In this document: positions 1 through 23,897 of the stretch, piece after piece | Numbering within the stretch: the first letter of the stretch is position 1 | Layout: each line of letters opens with the position of its first letter | From: Macrostomum hystrix | Taxonomy: Eukaryota; Animalia; Platyhelminthes | Length of the DNA: 64,000 bases | NCBI GenBank assembly: GCA_950097015.1 | Contig: CATNEN010000002.1 | Span: 2,852,001-2,916,000 of the forward strand | Direction: 5' to 3' | The notes under the pieces: model-generated | Told to the model about the DNA's origin: nothing | Databases searched by the model: none | What the model saw: the letters and a program-made list of their open reading frames with translations, nothing else | Program-made: the position numbers and the translations under genes

Positions 1-153
1 AAGCTGGACGGTGTCGTGCCATTTGCGCATGCAATTTGGCACCTGTTTGTTGTTGTCGGCGCCGTTGTGCAGTACAATGCCGTGTCCACTCACCTGGTTG
101 GAGTTCAGCAGCGAGCACCTGTTGACGGCTTCGGCTTGGAATCGGAGCTGTAG
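1..153 (+). CDS. MMD: Terminal coding exon (5'-truncated by window edge) of an MMD/MMD2-like PAQR (haemolysin-III family) membrane protein
   Basis: Frame 1 reads KLDGVVPFAHAIWHLFVVVGAVVQYNAVSTHL...ESEL* (TAG 151-153), matching the PAQR10/11 C-terminal DG-x-x-PFAHAIWHLFV motif. Confidence 0.85.
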   Translation, partial: KLDGVVPFAHAIWHLFVVVGAVVQYNAVSTHLVGVQQRAPVDGFGLESEL

Positions 154-412
154 AGTCTGTATTTGAGGCTGTAGATTCTGTATTAGAGTCTGTATTTGAG
201 CCTGTAGAGTCTGTATTTGAGCCTGTAGAGTCTGTATCTGAGCCTGTAGAGTCTGTATTTGAGCCTGTAGAGTCTGTATTTGAGCCTGTAGAGTCTGTAT
301 TTGAGCCTGTAGAGTCTGTATTTGAGCCTGTAGAGTCTGTATTTGAGCCTGTAGAGTCTGTATTTGAGCCTGTAGAGTCTGTATTTGAGGCTGTAGAGTC
401 TGTATTTGAGGC
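145..412. repeat. 21-bp minisatellite (GAGCCTGTAGAGTCTGTATTT), ~13 copies
   Basis: Direct tandem copies; the first unit overlaps the MMD stop codon. Confidence 0.95.
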
Positions 413-475
413 TATCTACTGTATTTAAAGCGGTTAATTGTGAATTCGCATAGTCTGTACTGGAGGCTGCGATAC

Positions 476-812
476 AGTCTGTAGAGAAGCCTGTGTGTGC
501 TGTATAACAGACTTCAGTGTCTGTAGTAGAAGCCTGTGTGTGCTGTATAACAGACTTCAGTGTCTGTAGTAGAAGCCTGTGTGTGCTGTATCACAGACTT
601 CAGTGTCTGTAGTAGAAGCCTGTGTGTGCTGTATAACAGACTTTAGTGTCTGTAGTAGAAGCCTGTGTGTGCTGTATAACAGACTTCTGTGTCTGTAGTA
701 GAAGCCTGTGTGTGCTGTATAACAGACTTCAGTGTCTGTAGTAGAAGCCTGTGTGTGCTGTATAACAGACTTCAGTGTCTGTAGTAGAAGCCTGTGTATG
801 CTGTATAACAGG
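476..812. repeat. 43-bp minisatellite (TGTCTGTAGTAGAAGCCTGTGTGTGCTGTATAACAGACTTCAG), ~8 copies
   Basis: Period 43 measured between CAGACTTCAG at 508 and 551. Confidence 0.95.
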
Positions 813-1714
813 CTTAGATTTCTGTAGTGCTTACATTCGAATGTACAGTACTTTTTCGCGCGCTGGTCACAATATGCAATATGCAATTATATGTTTACCC
901 ATTTCAACCTGCTTTTCTACAATAACTGTGTCTGCTTTCTATGCAAAGAACAAATTCTATTTTTAGATTTTGCGAGTTTTTTCGATGTCCTACTTGTTAG
1001 AATATTGTATTAGCAGTTGGCATTAAATTCCTTGAGCTTGCGACACAGCTGCAGTAAAAAGTTGTTGTGTCACATTTCTACTAAGTCACTTAAAAATGCT
1101 TTATTTACTATTTTTGAAAAAGTTTTTGTCTATTGAAGAACAAAATTTTATTTATGAGTACTTGAAGGAATTGCACTATTCATATTTAGATTTTTAATTG
1201 TGATCTAGTCTGATAACTTTTTTGTCTAGTCGGCAAATTGTTGGCTTTTTTGTACTAAACCCTTTCTTTTATAATTTACACACGTTGCACTGTGGCTTAA
1301 CAGGACCCATGCTTTTATTCATGCTTCTCGTGATTTAAAAGTTTCACGCATCTATGTTAATAATTCTTAGTGTTGTTTGCTTTTTTCTATACATATCGTA
1401 TCTCTAGTTCTACTAAAATCTACTTAATAAAGCTAAGCTCATCATTTTTATATACTCCACAGAATAATATACGTCCGCTCTCTTTTTTGTTGTCACACTG
1501 CGTGCATGGTTTGTGATAGCAGTGGACAACAATGTTCTGATGTTCTATTTTATCTTGTGGTCACAAGTCATGTGGTTTTATATTGCTTCAACGCTAACAA
1601 AGTTAAATACCCAACTTGATTATATCACATAAAAAATAAACAATTTTATAGCCTCGTTTCAAATTATCGCATGAGCTTTTTGCTTCATGACGCACAGAAT
1701 GCGCAATTTGACGT

Positions 1715-2169
1715 CTAGCTCCTAGTTACAATGATGAAGTCGCAGTCGCTGTTTTCTTCCCAGTACCTAGCTTGCCGCAAGCGCGTTGGCGCATAAACAG
1801 GCGGGGCCAAGCGCCTTTGCATCCTGCCATTTGGGTCATAATTCGCCCAATATAGGCCGCCTTCCCGAAAGGCACGAGCGAACAGCGCCGACACTGGAAT
1901 CAGCAGTGGCGGATCAAATGGTCGACGGCTTCGGGAAGCCCGCAATCCGAGCAGGCGTCTGAGTAAGGTAGAGGGCGACGAATTCGGGCCTGTTGCGGCC
2001 TTGGTACAAGGCGTGTTCGTCAAGGTTGCGACGGTCTGTGTCGATTGTAGCGCTGGCTTAATGCGAGGCTTGTGGATCCGCGATGGTGGCTGTGCAGCTG
2101 CGGGAACCGGGAACCCAATGAGAAGAGATGAGTGCAGATAGTCTGCTGCTGTTCTGTACTGCGTCTTGG
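1715..2169 (-). CDS. Possible terminal exon of an unidentified small gene divergent from ArfGAP
   Basis: GC-rich frame open from about 2185 to TAG at 1715 (...ARAFREGGLYWANYDPNGRMQRRLAPPVYAPTRLRQARYWEENSDCDFIIVTRS*). A GTAAG donor-like site lies near 2200. No in-frame ATG near the 5' end and the first exon is unresolved. Confidence 0.35.
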
Positions 2170-2756
2170 TGCTTTAACGGTGGATATGTTTTCGCTTCTT
2201 ACCTTGACTAACGTAAATACTCTAAAGAAAGAAAAATTACATGCTGAGTCTACTGGATTCGAGTAAAACTTTATTTGAATACTCAAACAATAATATTAGG
2301 TGGTTTTAGAGCAAAAAATCATTTTAAATGTCCTACCAAACTTTACTGAAATGTCCATTTTGTTATATTGGACTAGTTTCTTGTCTGCGTGTTTGAATTT
2401 TCATTTACGTTTACGTCTGCTAGACTGACTTCACCCACAACCAAGCATCACATCCTACTATCGAATAACTGTATTCAATAGTCTTTACTTGACTTTACTA
2501 ATTTTATTTGCAATATTATTGCAGTACTAAGAAACTGGGAATTTTTAGTTTTCACTGCAGCGTTGTATAATAATTTATTATACTTACCTTAGAAGGAGCA
2601 CATTGACAAAGTACCTTGACAATTTCAATACTCGTCACAAGCAACTATTCAATAAGTTATTTTTGTACTAAGTAGTCAAAAGTCAAAAGGTTTGGATCTT
2701 TTTTAAGACGGTCTGGCTTTGTAAACTTTCCTTCAAAACATTAAACTAAAACGCAA

Positions 2757-13806
<11,050 letters not shown>

Positions 13807-15599
13807 CGGCATGTGCTATGCTATGCTATGCTAAAATGATCAGACAAGAAGACTTATTTAATACAAAACACCTGTGACTGCTAGCTGTGCTGAATACACC
13901 GTGTCAGTCACGCCACTGCCCCATTGTTTATTAGTCTCCGCTTTTGAATTTTGTCTGGCAAAAATTAGTATAAAAAGAAAGTATGAAAATATGTTTGCTG
14001 TTTATTTCCTCTCCCAATAAATTCCTGGGTTACATAGGCTCTCTGCTAGCCTGGTGTCTGGCTTGTCTGTCTGCTTTTGGTTTTTTCTTGATTAATATAA
14101 TCGCGATCATTTTTTCCTGTCTTTGTGCGCGCGTGCGTTTCTAAATAAATTAACGGATAGATCTATTTATGATTGATTTGTGATTTCTTTGCGTTCCTTG
14201 CTTGAGGCCCATTGCGACTATCCTTGTTGTACACTAGACTAAAACCACTACTCACGCCAGTAGTATTCGCTGCGTGTGTCAATACTATTCATACTATAGA
14301 AATATATTTCCGATTGATTAGCTGAGCTGGAACTGGGTAATTGTTTTTTACTTATTGTTGGTATCATTAAATCATTGTGTTGTGCTCTGTATATTGGTAA
14401 TCCGTTAAGGGTTTATTATCATTGAATCAGTTCAATATAGTACGCAATACACACTACTGCTTACATAATCCTGTTTCCACAGAGAAGTAATTATTTCTCT
14501 CACATTATTTTCTTCTTGCGCAAGGTTAAAGTTTCTATTAATTAGTTAATTAATTTCCTTTTGTTTCAACAAAAAAACTTTATTAAGTTATTCGATTCAA
14601 CTATGCAAAGTTTTGTTTAAAAAACTAAAAAAATTATTTCTGCCTAAACCCTAGAATTCCTTATCTGTGTTTACTTTTTAATTTGTTCAAAATTTATCCT
14701 TTAATTGGTTATCCCAAATTTATGATCCGTGTTTAGGAGTGATAAGTTGGATTTTGACTGAATATGCAGACCAATTCGACAATTTCACTGTTTCAAGAGT
14801 TTATTGGCTCAAGAGTTAAATGCCAATTGGATGACAACCGAATTGTTAATAAGCTGCGTGAGTTCTTTGAATGCCTTGTTTATTTTCTAAACAGTTGCTG
14901 CAGGCATTGAAGTTTCCCAATTATGTCGATATTGTCTAATTGATGTCAAACATGTTAACTTCACGTATGTTAACAGTTGTACTACCATGCCACTTTGCCG
15001 CCCGTTTTTTTAACCAAGGGGAGAATTTTTACCCCTCCTTAAATATTTTTTACAGCGCCTGAACGCTAACAGCGTTGGGCGGTTACTGATTGGTTGACAG
15101 ACTAGGCTAGTGTGTACTGTTGTTGAGCTGAGCCTAATATTTAGGCTTGATCAGTGAAACTGGAGAGATTCGCGTCAGGGTGTCCAATGTGGCTCAGTTC
15201 TACCTGTTGTAGCCCTTGAAGTTCCAGCAGTAGATAAAGGCAGGTGACTACCGAAGACGGAGATGATGCAGGCACATTCGGGTGACATGCTGATAAATTT
15301 TGAAGGCCTGGCAAGACTAGCAAGTGTGAACACTGGCGCTTACGGGAAAAATCCGACCTTCGGCCAGAATCATTTCTCGATGGTTTGAAGAGCTGACGAC
15401 ATGAATATTGTTATAGAAGATGCGTAACAAAAATTTGGCCTGTGTTCCTTGAGTTTCGCGTGATTGCGTTGCTCCGTTTCGGTGCCGCAAAAAATGCCAG
15501 TCGGCGAACAGATGTTCGCGGGATGATGAGGACGACGCATCATCGACGACTGCCTTTCTTTCCCATTTTCCACTTGGAATAAACGAATTGCCGCTGTCC

Positions 15600-16440
15600 T
15601 TCTTTTGGCGCAACGTTAAACATTTCTTAAATATTGATCTTATATATATCAATATGCAGTTGCATAGGAGAACTTCTATGGTGGAAGCAGCCATTGACGA
15701 ATATTGCTGTTGTTGCCGGCTTTTTCTCGGAGGGAGAGAAAGACAGCAAGAGAACAGTATCAGATTGGGAGACAACGGCCATAGACATAATTATATTATC
15801 ACTCGATTTAAAGCTTAATATAATGGAAGGGGAGTGGAGCGCGAGGAACGAGAGAGAGCAATCCGGGCAGCTATTCAACGACATCTCATTTCGCAGAGTG
15901 TAAATCGGACTGTCAACATCACTGGGGACGCCTTTCTTCGAGCTAACGGCGTGCTGATAGCGATGGTAAAATCCTTCCTGCACTCGCAGCCAAAAAAAGA
16001 TCGAGTTTGAGGCGATCTCGGAGTTTGATATGCTGAAGAGATTCGCAAATACTTTGACCATTCAAACCTTCGCAAGCTACAGGATGAGACAATCTTCAAT
16101 ATCATTCTACACTTTGGACTACGCGGACGCGAAAATCTGAGACAATTGAGGCTCGTATTTGCGAATCGTAGTTGCTCTGCTATCGAAGAATGTCAAGGCT
16201 CTCTAAACGATAAGGTGTTTCAGGATGTGAAGCTTGCCCCAATGTACTGTCTGTCAAACAAAGATGCCTGTCAGGTTGAAGGCAACTTACGGTACAACGC
16301 TTAACTACCTGACGGCTGTCCGAAGATAAACAAGTCGGGATTTTCAAGTTTTGGGAAAAGATAGCCTTGGCGACTTCATGAAGAGCATGAGCACGGAATT
16401 TGGCCTCTCGAGAGTTTACACTAATCACTGCCTTCGCCTA
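15600..16440 (+). pseudogene. Degenerate Crypton-type (DUF3504) tyrosine recombinase
   Basis: Fragments IRAAIQRHLISQSVNRTVNITGDAFLRANGVL (~15860-15960), IILHFGLRGRENLRQLR (~16100-16150) and LGKDSLGDFMKSMSTEFGLSRVYTNHCLR (~16350-16437) match Crypton/ZMYM/KCTD1 DUF3504 motifs. Frameshifts and stops are present. Confidence 0.8.
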
Positions 16441-16771
16441 ACTACTTCAAATATTTGTCTCATGCATTCATTGTTTGTACATTCACTATAATTTTCATTA
16501 ACATATCAAAATAGTAGCCTAGCAGTTAACCGTCAAGTGCCCTCTACAAATAGGTTTTTGGAAGTCAATGGAATTCCAGTGCAGTGTTTGTTCAGTAAAT
16601 TTCTAAATGACAAAGGTACAGTGGAAGCAATAAAACCAATACAACTGATTTCTGTTCAAAGAAATGCCAAAGCAAATAGTCCAAGGTAAAAACGTTATTT
16701 CCACAACTCGCCAACTACCAGTTTTATTTGGCTATGATTTTGCAACAACAAAAGCAGCCAAAATAATGATT

Positions 16772-17543
16772 ACTGCTCAGAACTGCTCAAGATTGCCCAG
16801 GAACAGGGGACAATGACTGCTCAAGATTGCCCAGGAACAGAGGGGACAATTACTGCTCAAGATTGCCCAGGAACAGAGGGGACAATTACTGCTCAAGATT
16901 GCCCAGGAACAGAGGGGACAATGACTGCTCAAGATTGCCCAGGAACAGAGGGGACAATTACTGCTCAAGATTGCCCAGGAACAGAGGGGACAATGACTGC
17001 TCAAGATTGCCCAGGAACAGAGGGGACAATGACTGCTCAAGATTGCCCAGAAACAGAGGGGACAATGACTGCTCAAGATTGCCCAGGAACAGGGGACAAT
17101 GACTGCTCAAGATTGCCCAGGAACAGAGGGGACAATTACTGTTCAAGATTGCCCAGGAACAGAGGGGACAATGACTGCTCAAGATTGCCCAGGAACAGAG
17201 GGGACAATGACTGCTCAAGATTGCCCAGGAACAGAGGGACTAATGACTGCTCAAGATTGCCCAGGAACAGAGGGGACAATGACTGCTCAAGATTGCCCAG
17301 GAACAGAGGGACTAATGACTGCTCAAGATTGCCCAGGAACAGAGGGGACAATTACTGCTCAAGATTGCCCAGGAACAGATGAACTAATGACTGCTCAAGA
17401 TTGCCCAGGAACAGAGGGGACAATGACTGCTCAAGATTGCCCAGGAACAGAGGGACTAATGACTGCTCAAGATTGCCCAGGAACAGAGGGGACAATGACT
17501 GCTCAAGATTGCCCAGGAACAGAGGGACTAATGACTGCTCAAA
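16772..17543. repeat. 36-bp minisatellite (ACTGCTCAAGATTGCCCAGGAACAGAGGGGACAATG), ~21 copies, just downstream of the NOP9 stop
   Basis: Tandem copies; explains the MTAQDCPGTEGT-type ORFs. Confidence 0.95.
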
Positions 17544-17578
17544 AATAGACAGGCAAGGTGAGTGAAACCCACGAAGCC

Positions 17579-20500
17579 TCAATTGTTTCTCTTCTGCTTC
17601 CACTGCTTTTGTCCTTTAGACCCATTGGACTGGTCGGCGCCTGCTGCCTCAGCAAAGCTGCGTTTCTTTCCTGAAGCAGCGGCAGCGCTTGATTTCGGCT
17701 GTTGCGCCTCGTCCAGCTGTTTCTGCAGCTTGCGCCAGTCAGCGGGCCTGCTGCCCAGGAGCTCCGGGGAGAACTTCAAGCAGGCGAACCTGCCGAATCT
17801 GTCAAACCGCAGGCGCTCCAGGGCTGCGCGGCCGCCCGAGGCCAGCTGACGGGCCACTCGCTCACGGAGACGGTGATCTCCGACCGACCAGAGGGCGTCC
17901 GCGACTCGACTGCCGTGCTTGTCGCAGCACAGCTCAAATATGGACTCCTAGGGTTAGCGGATGGGATTGCGAGGGCTCAGATTCCACTGTGCTCTACACC
18001 CTTACTGCTCAAACAAAAGCCTACTGTATACTCAACTGCTCAAACCCATAAGCCTACTTTATACTCAAACAACTGCTCAAACCCATAAGCCTACTATACT
18101 CAAACAACTGCTCAAACTAAAGCCAACTCAAACAGCTCAATGTACTGACTGGCACTCACCAGTAGAAGATCGCACAGAGCTAGTTTCACATCGGATTTCA
18201 CAGTCTGGCTGGACAGAAAGGCTTCAATCACGCGGTTGCCACGCGGACACCGGCACAGGCTAGCTATGCGGTCTGGCTGGCAGGCCAGCAGGCTCTGACA
18301 CAGGCGCTTCGGCTCGGCGAAGTGGAACAGCTCCTCCATCAGCTGACTGCCAGCCAGCCCGATGTCTGAGATCAGCTCAAACATCGACGCGTCGGACTTT
18401 GCGGCTAGCGACCCCAGCTTGCGCAACAGCATGCCCTGAAGTCGGCGAGCTTCGTCGGTTGACAGCGGACCGTCGGGAGCTGGGAGTCGACACCGGCGTG
18501 CCAGAAGGACTAGAAGCTGCTGCTGACGTCCTGGTGGCAGCCGAGTGGCTTCAGCGAGCCAGCCTGAATGGGAGAAATTAATGGAATATTTAGGTAGAAA
18601 ATGGGATATATAGGTAGAATGGAATATTTAAATACAAAATGGGAGAAACAAGAAACAAGTAGATGCTTGGGTAGAAAATAGAATTATTTATTCAAAAGTA
18701 GGGATATTTTTTCGAAGTTAGCAAATTTAGGTACAAGCTTGGATATGTAGCTACAAGCTGGGATATTTATCTACAAGCTGGGATATTTTGGTACACGTTG
18801 GGGTAATTAAGTCAAGTGGGGATATTTAGCTACAAGTTAGGTATATGGGATATGTAGCTACAAGCTGGGGTATGTAGCTAAAACCTGGGATATTTAGGTC
18901 AAGTGGGGATATTTAGGTAAAAGCTGGGGTATGTAGCTAAAAGCTGGGGTATGTAGCTACAAGCTGGGATATTTAGGTCAAGTGGGGATATTTAGGTAAA
19001 AACTGGGGTATGTAGCTACAAGCTGGGATATTTAGGTCAAGCTGGGATATTTAGGTCAAGCTGGGATATTTAGGTAAAAGCTGGGGTATGTAGCTAAAAC
19101 CTGGGATATTTAGGTCAAGTGGGGATATTTAGGTAAAAGCTGGGGTATTTAGGTCAAGTTGGGATATGTAGCTACAAGCTGGGGTATGTAGCGCTACAAG
19201 CTGGGGTATGTAGCTACAAGCTGGGATATTTAGGTACAAGTTGGGATATTTAGGTACAAGCTGGGGTATGTAGCTAAAAGCTAGGGTATGTAGCTAAAAG
19301 CTGGGGTATGTAGCTACAAGCTGGGATATTTAGGTCAAGTGGGGATATTTAGGTAAAAGCTGGGATATTTAGGTCAAGTTGGGATATCTAGGTCAAGTTC
19401 TGATATTTAGGTACAAGTTGGGATATTTAGCTACAAGCTGGGATATTTAGGTACAAGTTGGGATATTTTGGTCAAGATGGGAAATTTAGGCACAAGCTGG
19501 GTTATGAAGCTACAAGCTGGGATATTTAGGTTGGATGCTAAGGTAAAAGCAGTGATAGTTACCTAGAGTTTAGGATGTTAAGGTAGAATTAGAGATATCT
19601 AGTACCTAATAAATGGAACTCGAACATGAACACAAAAATTCTAGCAAAACTACCTTCAGGCTCATCTGACACAGCGGAGGCCACCAGCGCTGACAGCAAT
19701 TCTCCGGGCGGAGGATCCACAGTCATCAGGCGCTGCAGCACAAAGTTCGCATTGGGATGCAGTGCCAAGGCGGCTTCACGGCCCGCGATGTGGGCGGCTG
19801 TGAACTTGCGCAACTGCTTGGCGCTGAGCAGGGATAACAGCTGCTCCATGAAGTAGCAGCCGTGACTGCTGCACAGCACAGACGGGACGCTGCGGGATTG
19901 TCAGCGGCAACGTCAGCGAATAAATAGATATGAGCCGATATGCAACCGTCTAGCCCTTATAAGGCTCAAAAATCCCATAACACTACTAGACGGAGTTACA
20001 GCACGGCTGCACGGCGTGCCGTGCCGCAGTCTAGTCGCCCCCATTTTTACGTGCTGTACGACGTATAAGGGCTAGACGGTTGCATATCGGGTGCAAATAT
20101 GATTGCGATGCTTAAATATAAATTATATTTATATCCCAATTAGAGCAGTGGAAATACCATAAATATCTCAACCTGAGCAGGGGGAATCCCATTAATATCC
20201 CAACTAGAGCAAGGGAAATCCCATAAATATATATAAACTAGAGAAGGCTGAATCCCATAAAAATCCCCAATAGAGCAGGGGGAATCCCATAAAAAAATCC
20301 CATCTGGAGCAGGGTGAATCCTATAAATATCTCAACTAGAGCAGGGGAAGCGTATAAATATCCCAACTAGAGTAGGTTAAATGCCATAAATATCCCAACT
20401 AGAGCAGGTGAATCCCATAAATATCCCATCCGAAAGTCATTGACGAAGACAAACAACTCACTTGGATTTCTGCCCTGCGGTCTCAATCTCGCAGGTGGGA

Positions 20501-23500
20501 TCGAACAGTCCCGAATTCTTAATCAGGTGCTTGTAGAATTTCCTAAACCGCTTTGGTAATCGCAGTTTCAGCACCAACATCAGCACCTGGAGAAACGGAC
20601 CAGTCACTTCGCTGTCAATCAGAGCTGCAAATGAGCAGTCAGCAAGCATAATGAGGTTCAAACCTATCGGTGTCACAGGCAAACTCAACAGAAGCCAATG
20701 GTTACTCACACATCACATGCTTATTCTCCAGAAATCTGCCAGCCAAGCCGTCCAACTCATTTTTCAGTGGCACACCCTCCAGCTGCAGAGGCGGGTCAAC
20801 AAGCACTGCGCAGCTGGGCTCGTAGGAGTCTGGGCAGAAGGTGAGCGATGGTTCGCGGCGAGTTCGCAATTGGCTGTTTGGTTCATAGGTTTACAGGTTC
20901 ACTTAAAAACCCAGAATCTACAAAATCTCACGCCTCTGAAGCTAAAATCTACAAAATCTCACCCTTCTGAACCCATAATCTACAAAATCTCACCCTTCTA
21001 AACCCAGAATCTACAAAATCTCACCCTTCTGAACCCAGAATGTACAAAAACTCACCCTTCTGATCCACCCAAATCTACAAAATCTCACCCGATTAACCTA
21101 GAATCTGCAAAATCTCAACCTTCAGAAACTAAAATCTACAAAATCTTACCCTTCTGAACCCAGAATCTACAGAATCTCACCCTTCTAAACCCAGAATCTA
21201 CAAAATCTCACCCTTCTAAACCCAGAATCTACAAAATCTCACCCTCTGAACCCAGAATCTACAAAATCTTTAATCCCTAATAAACCCAGAATCTACAAAA
21301 TCTCACCCTTCTCAACCCAGAATCTACAAAATCTCACCCAAATAAACCTAGAATCTACAAAATCTCAACCTTCAGAAACTAAAACCTACAAAATCTCACC
21401 CTTCTGAACCCAGAATCTACAAAATGTCACCCTTCTGAACCCAGAATCTACAAAATCTCACCCTTCTGAATCCAGAATCTACAAAATCTCACCCCTTCCA
21501 ACCTAAATCTCACTCTATTAAGCCAAGAATTTATAAATTTACTTAAAAAATTTACATGTGAGTTTTTTAACTGAGGGGAAATTAATTGTGAAAATGCAGC
21601 ACAATGGACTGAAGGAATACTGACCATGACTGGGCTTGTTAAACGAGCCTCGCCAAGAAGCCGCAGCAGCAGCTCCCGGATTTCGCACAAGAACGCCAGC
21701 CAGTAACAGCAGGTAGCTGCGAAGGGCGTGGCAGGCGTACGGGTGCTCCAGGTACTCAGGATAATGCAGGCGCATGTGGGCGGCGAAGTCACCCCAAAGG
21801 TGGCGCGGATCGGACATTGCTGCTGACGATTCATCGCCTTCATCGGCCTCGCCGTCACGATGATTGACACCCAGGTTGCTGAACTCGCCTTTGCCTTGCA
21901 ATTAGGAATCGGAAAATCTGTTTAAGGCTACGGGAAAATATTCTAGAGGGCACGGCTCCATACATGAATACTTGATTCTGGTATTAAAATCCCAATTTGA
22001 GATTTGAGGAATATTTGGAATCCCTAAATTATCTGAGAATTTCTGCATATTTAAGTATCCTAATCGACAAAGCGAATATTTTTTACATTTTAGGATCAGG
22101 GAACGGATGGAAATCCCTATCTGAGGATCAGGGAACGGATGGAAATCCCTATCTGAGGATCAGGGAACGGATGGAAATCCCTATCTGAGGATCAGGGAAC
22201 GGATGGAAATCCCTACCTGAGGATCAGGGAACGGATGGAAATCCCTATCTGAGGATCAGAGAACGGATGGAAATCCCTACCTGAGGATCAGGGAACGGAT
22301 GGAAATCCCTATCTGAGGATCAGGGAACGGATGGAAATCCCTATCTGAGGATCAGGGAACGGATGGAAATCCCTACCTGAGGATCAGGGAACGGATGGAA
22401 ATCCCTATCTGAGGATCAGGGAGCGGATGGAAATCCCTATCTGAGGATCAGGGAACGGATGGAAATCCCTATCTGAGGATCAGGGAGCGGATGGAAATCC
22501 CCACCTGAGGATCAGGGAACGGATGGAAATCCCTATCTGAGGATCAGAGAACGGATGGGTATCTCTTCAAGTATTAGGGAACGGGTGGAAAGCACTTATC
22601 TGAGGATTAGGGAACGGATGAGAATGTCAATTTGAGGATCAGGAAACGGATAGTAGAAATTCGCACCTGAAAATTCTAAATCATAGGAAAAATTATTTTA
22701 AGCTAAAACAGAAGCAACAAAGAGCATAGAAATGTTTGCCTATTAGCCTCAAGTGACATTCGGCAAAGCCTTACCTTCGAGTCGCAGAGTCAAATAGCGC
22801 GAAATCGCCGCCTGAAGGACACGGTGAGCGAAGCGGTCGCTAATGACAACCTCCCAGTTGCCAGAAAGATTGGCTACTAGGCGAGCCAGTCTTGGCCAGT
22901 CTGCCAAAGCGATCAGTGACTCGGCAAGCCTGCTGCCTGTCTGGTTCTGGGCCAGCTGGCGGCCCTCGCGACCCAGACTGTCGAAAGCTGTGGTGAGCAG
23001 CTGCTCTGAGACGAAAGGGAATAGCGAGTTCGGGTTGGATATTTCCTAGCTGGAAGCGTTTTAATTAAGTGCATGGAAAAGCTTAGTGAGGCCTGAATGA
23101 GTGGCTTAGTGAGGCCTGAATGAGTAGCTTAGTGAGGCCTGAATGAGTAGCTTAGTGAGGCCTGAATGAGTGGCTTAGTGAGGCCTGAATAAGTAGCTTA
23201 GTGATGCCTGAATGAGTGGCTTAGTGAGGCCTGAATGAGTGGCTTAGTGAGGCCTGAATGAGTGGCTTAGTGAGGCGTGAATAAGTGGCTTAGTGAGGCC
23301 TGAATGAGTAGCTTAGTGAGGCCTGAATGAGTGGCTTAGTGAGGCCTGAATAAGTAGCTTAGTGAGGCCTGAATGAGTGGCTTAGTGGGGCCTGAATGAG
23401 TGGCTTAGTGAGGCCTGAATGGGTGGCTTAGTGAGGCCTGAATGAGTAGCTTAGTGAGGCCTGAATGAGTGGCTTAGTGAGGCCTGAATGGGTGGCTTAG

Positions 23501-23897
23501 TGAGGCCTGAATGAGTAGCTTAGTGAGGCCTGAATGAGTGGCTTAGTGAGGCCTGAATGGGTGGCTTAGTGAGGCCTGAATGAGTAGCTTAGTGAGGCCT
23601 GAATGAGTGGCTTAGTGAGGCCTGAATTTAGAGAGATTTATTATTTTTATGAAACTGTGGCAGTTTTATTTCAGTTACACCACTATAATACCACTGTGAA
23701 GGCCACTCACCATAGTCATCTTGATTTTGACCATCTAGTGAACGTATCTCATCTAGATGTCTCAAAGTCTCCCTGTAGTATGCTAGCACATTGTGATCCA
23801 ATCGACCTTTGCGACCACCAGCTGAATAAGATGAGGAACTTTTTTTAGAATACTGCCCATGATCATAGCTATCATGCAAGGCCTGAGTGTTGGACAT
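17579..23897 (-). CDS. NOP9: Nucleolar protein 9 (Pumilio-repeat rRNA-processing factor), 8 exons, 659 aa
   Basis: Exons 23897-23711, 23005-22775, 21894-21625, 20829-20710, 20624-20462, 19889-19654, 18563-18160, 17947-17579, all GT-AG and phase-consistent. Motifs: LDHNVLAYYRETL, LAQNQTGSRLAESL, LALHPNANFVLQRL, LCCDKHGSRVADALW, FDRFGRFACLKF. Confidence 0.9.
17995..18140. repeat. Short ~35-bp tandem repeat (CTGCTCAAACCCATAAGCCTACTATACTCAAACAA), NOP9 intron 7
   Basis: 3-4 imperfect copies. Confidence 0.75.
18725..19530. repeat. Degenerate ~20-bp minisatellite (GCTGGGATATTTAGGTACAA / GCTGGGGTATGTAGCTACAA), NOP9 intron 6
   Basis: Interleaved variant monomers. Confidence 0.9.
19935..20090. mobile_element. 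156-bp MITE-like element with perfect 27-bp terminal inverted repeats, NOP9 intron 5
   Basis: CCGATATGCAACCGTCTAGCCCTTATA (19935-19961) is the exact reverse complement of TATAAGGGCTAGACGGTTGCATATCGG (20064-20090). No TSD identified. Confidence 0.75.
20140..20430. repeat. Degenerate ~30-bp minisatellite (AAATATCCCAACTAGAGCAGGGGGAATCCCAT), NOP9 intron 5
   Basis: Recurring CCCATAAATATCCCAACTAGAGCAGG. Confidence 0.8.
20905..21495. repeat. ~31-bp minisatellite (AACCCAGAATCTACAAAATCTCACCCTTCTG), NOP9 intron 3
   Basis: Tandem copies. Confidence 0.92.
22090..22650. repeat. 32-bp minisatellite (GATCAGGGAACGGATGGAAATCCCTATCTGAG), NOP9 intron 2
   Basis: Period 32 (GATC at 22094 and 22126). Confidence 0.95.
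23080..23627. repeat. 23-bp minisatellite (GCTTAGTGAGGCCTGAATGAGTG), NOP9 intron 1
   Basis: Period 23, about 24 copies. Confidence 0.95.

Noticed and set aside
16777-17603. MTAQDCPGTEGT-type repeat ORFs
   Set aside because: Frames switch wherever units lose a base, so there is no sign of frame maintenance.
23006-23049. Acceptor at 23045 for NOP9 exon 2
   Set aside because: Phase mismatch with exon 1; the pyrimidine-rich acceptor at 23006/23005 gives the correct phase.
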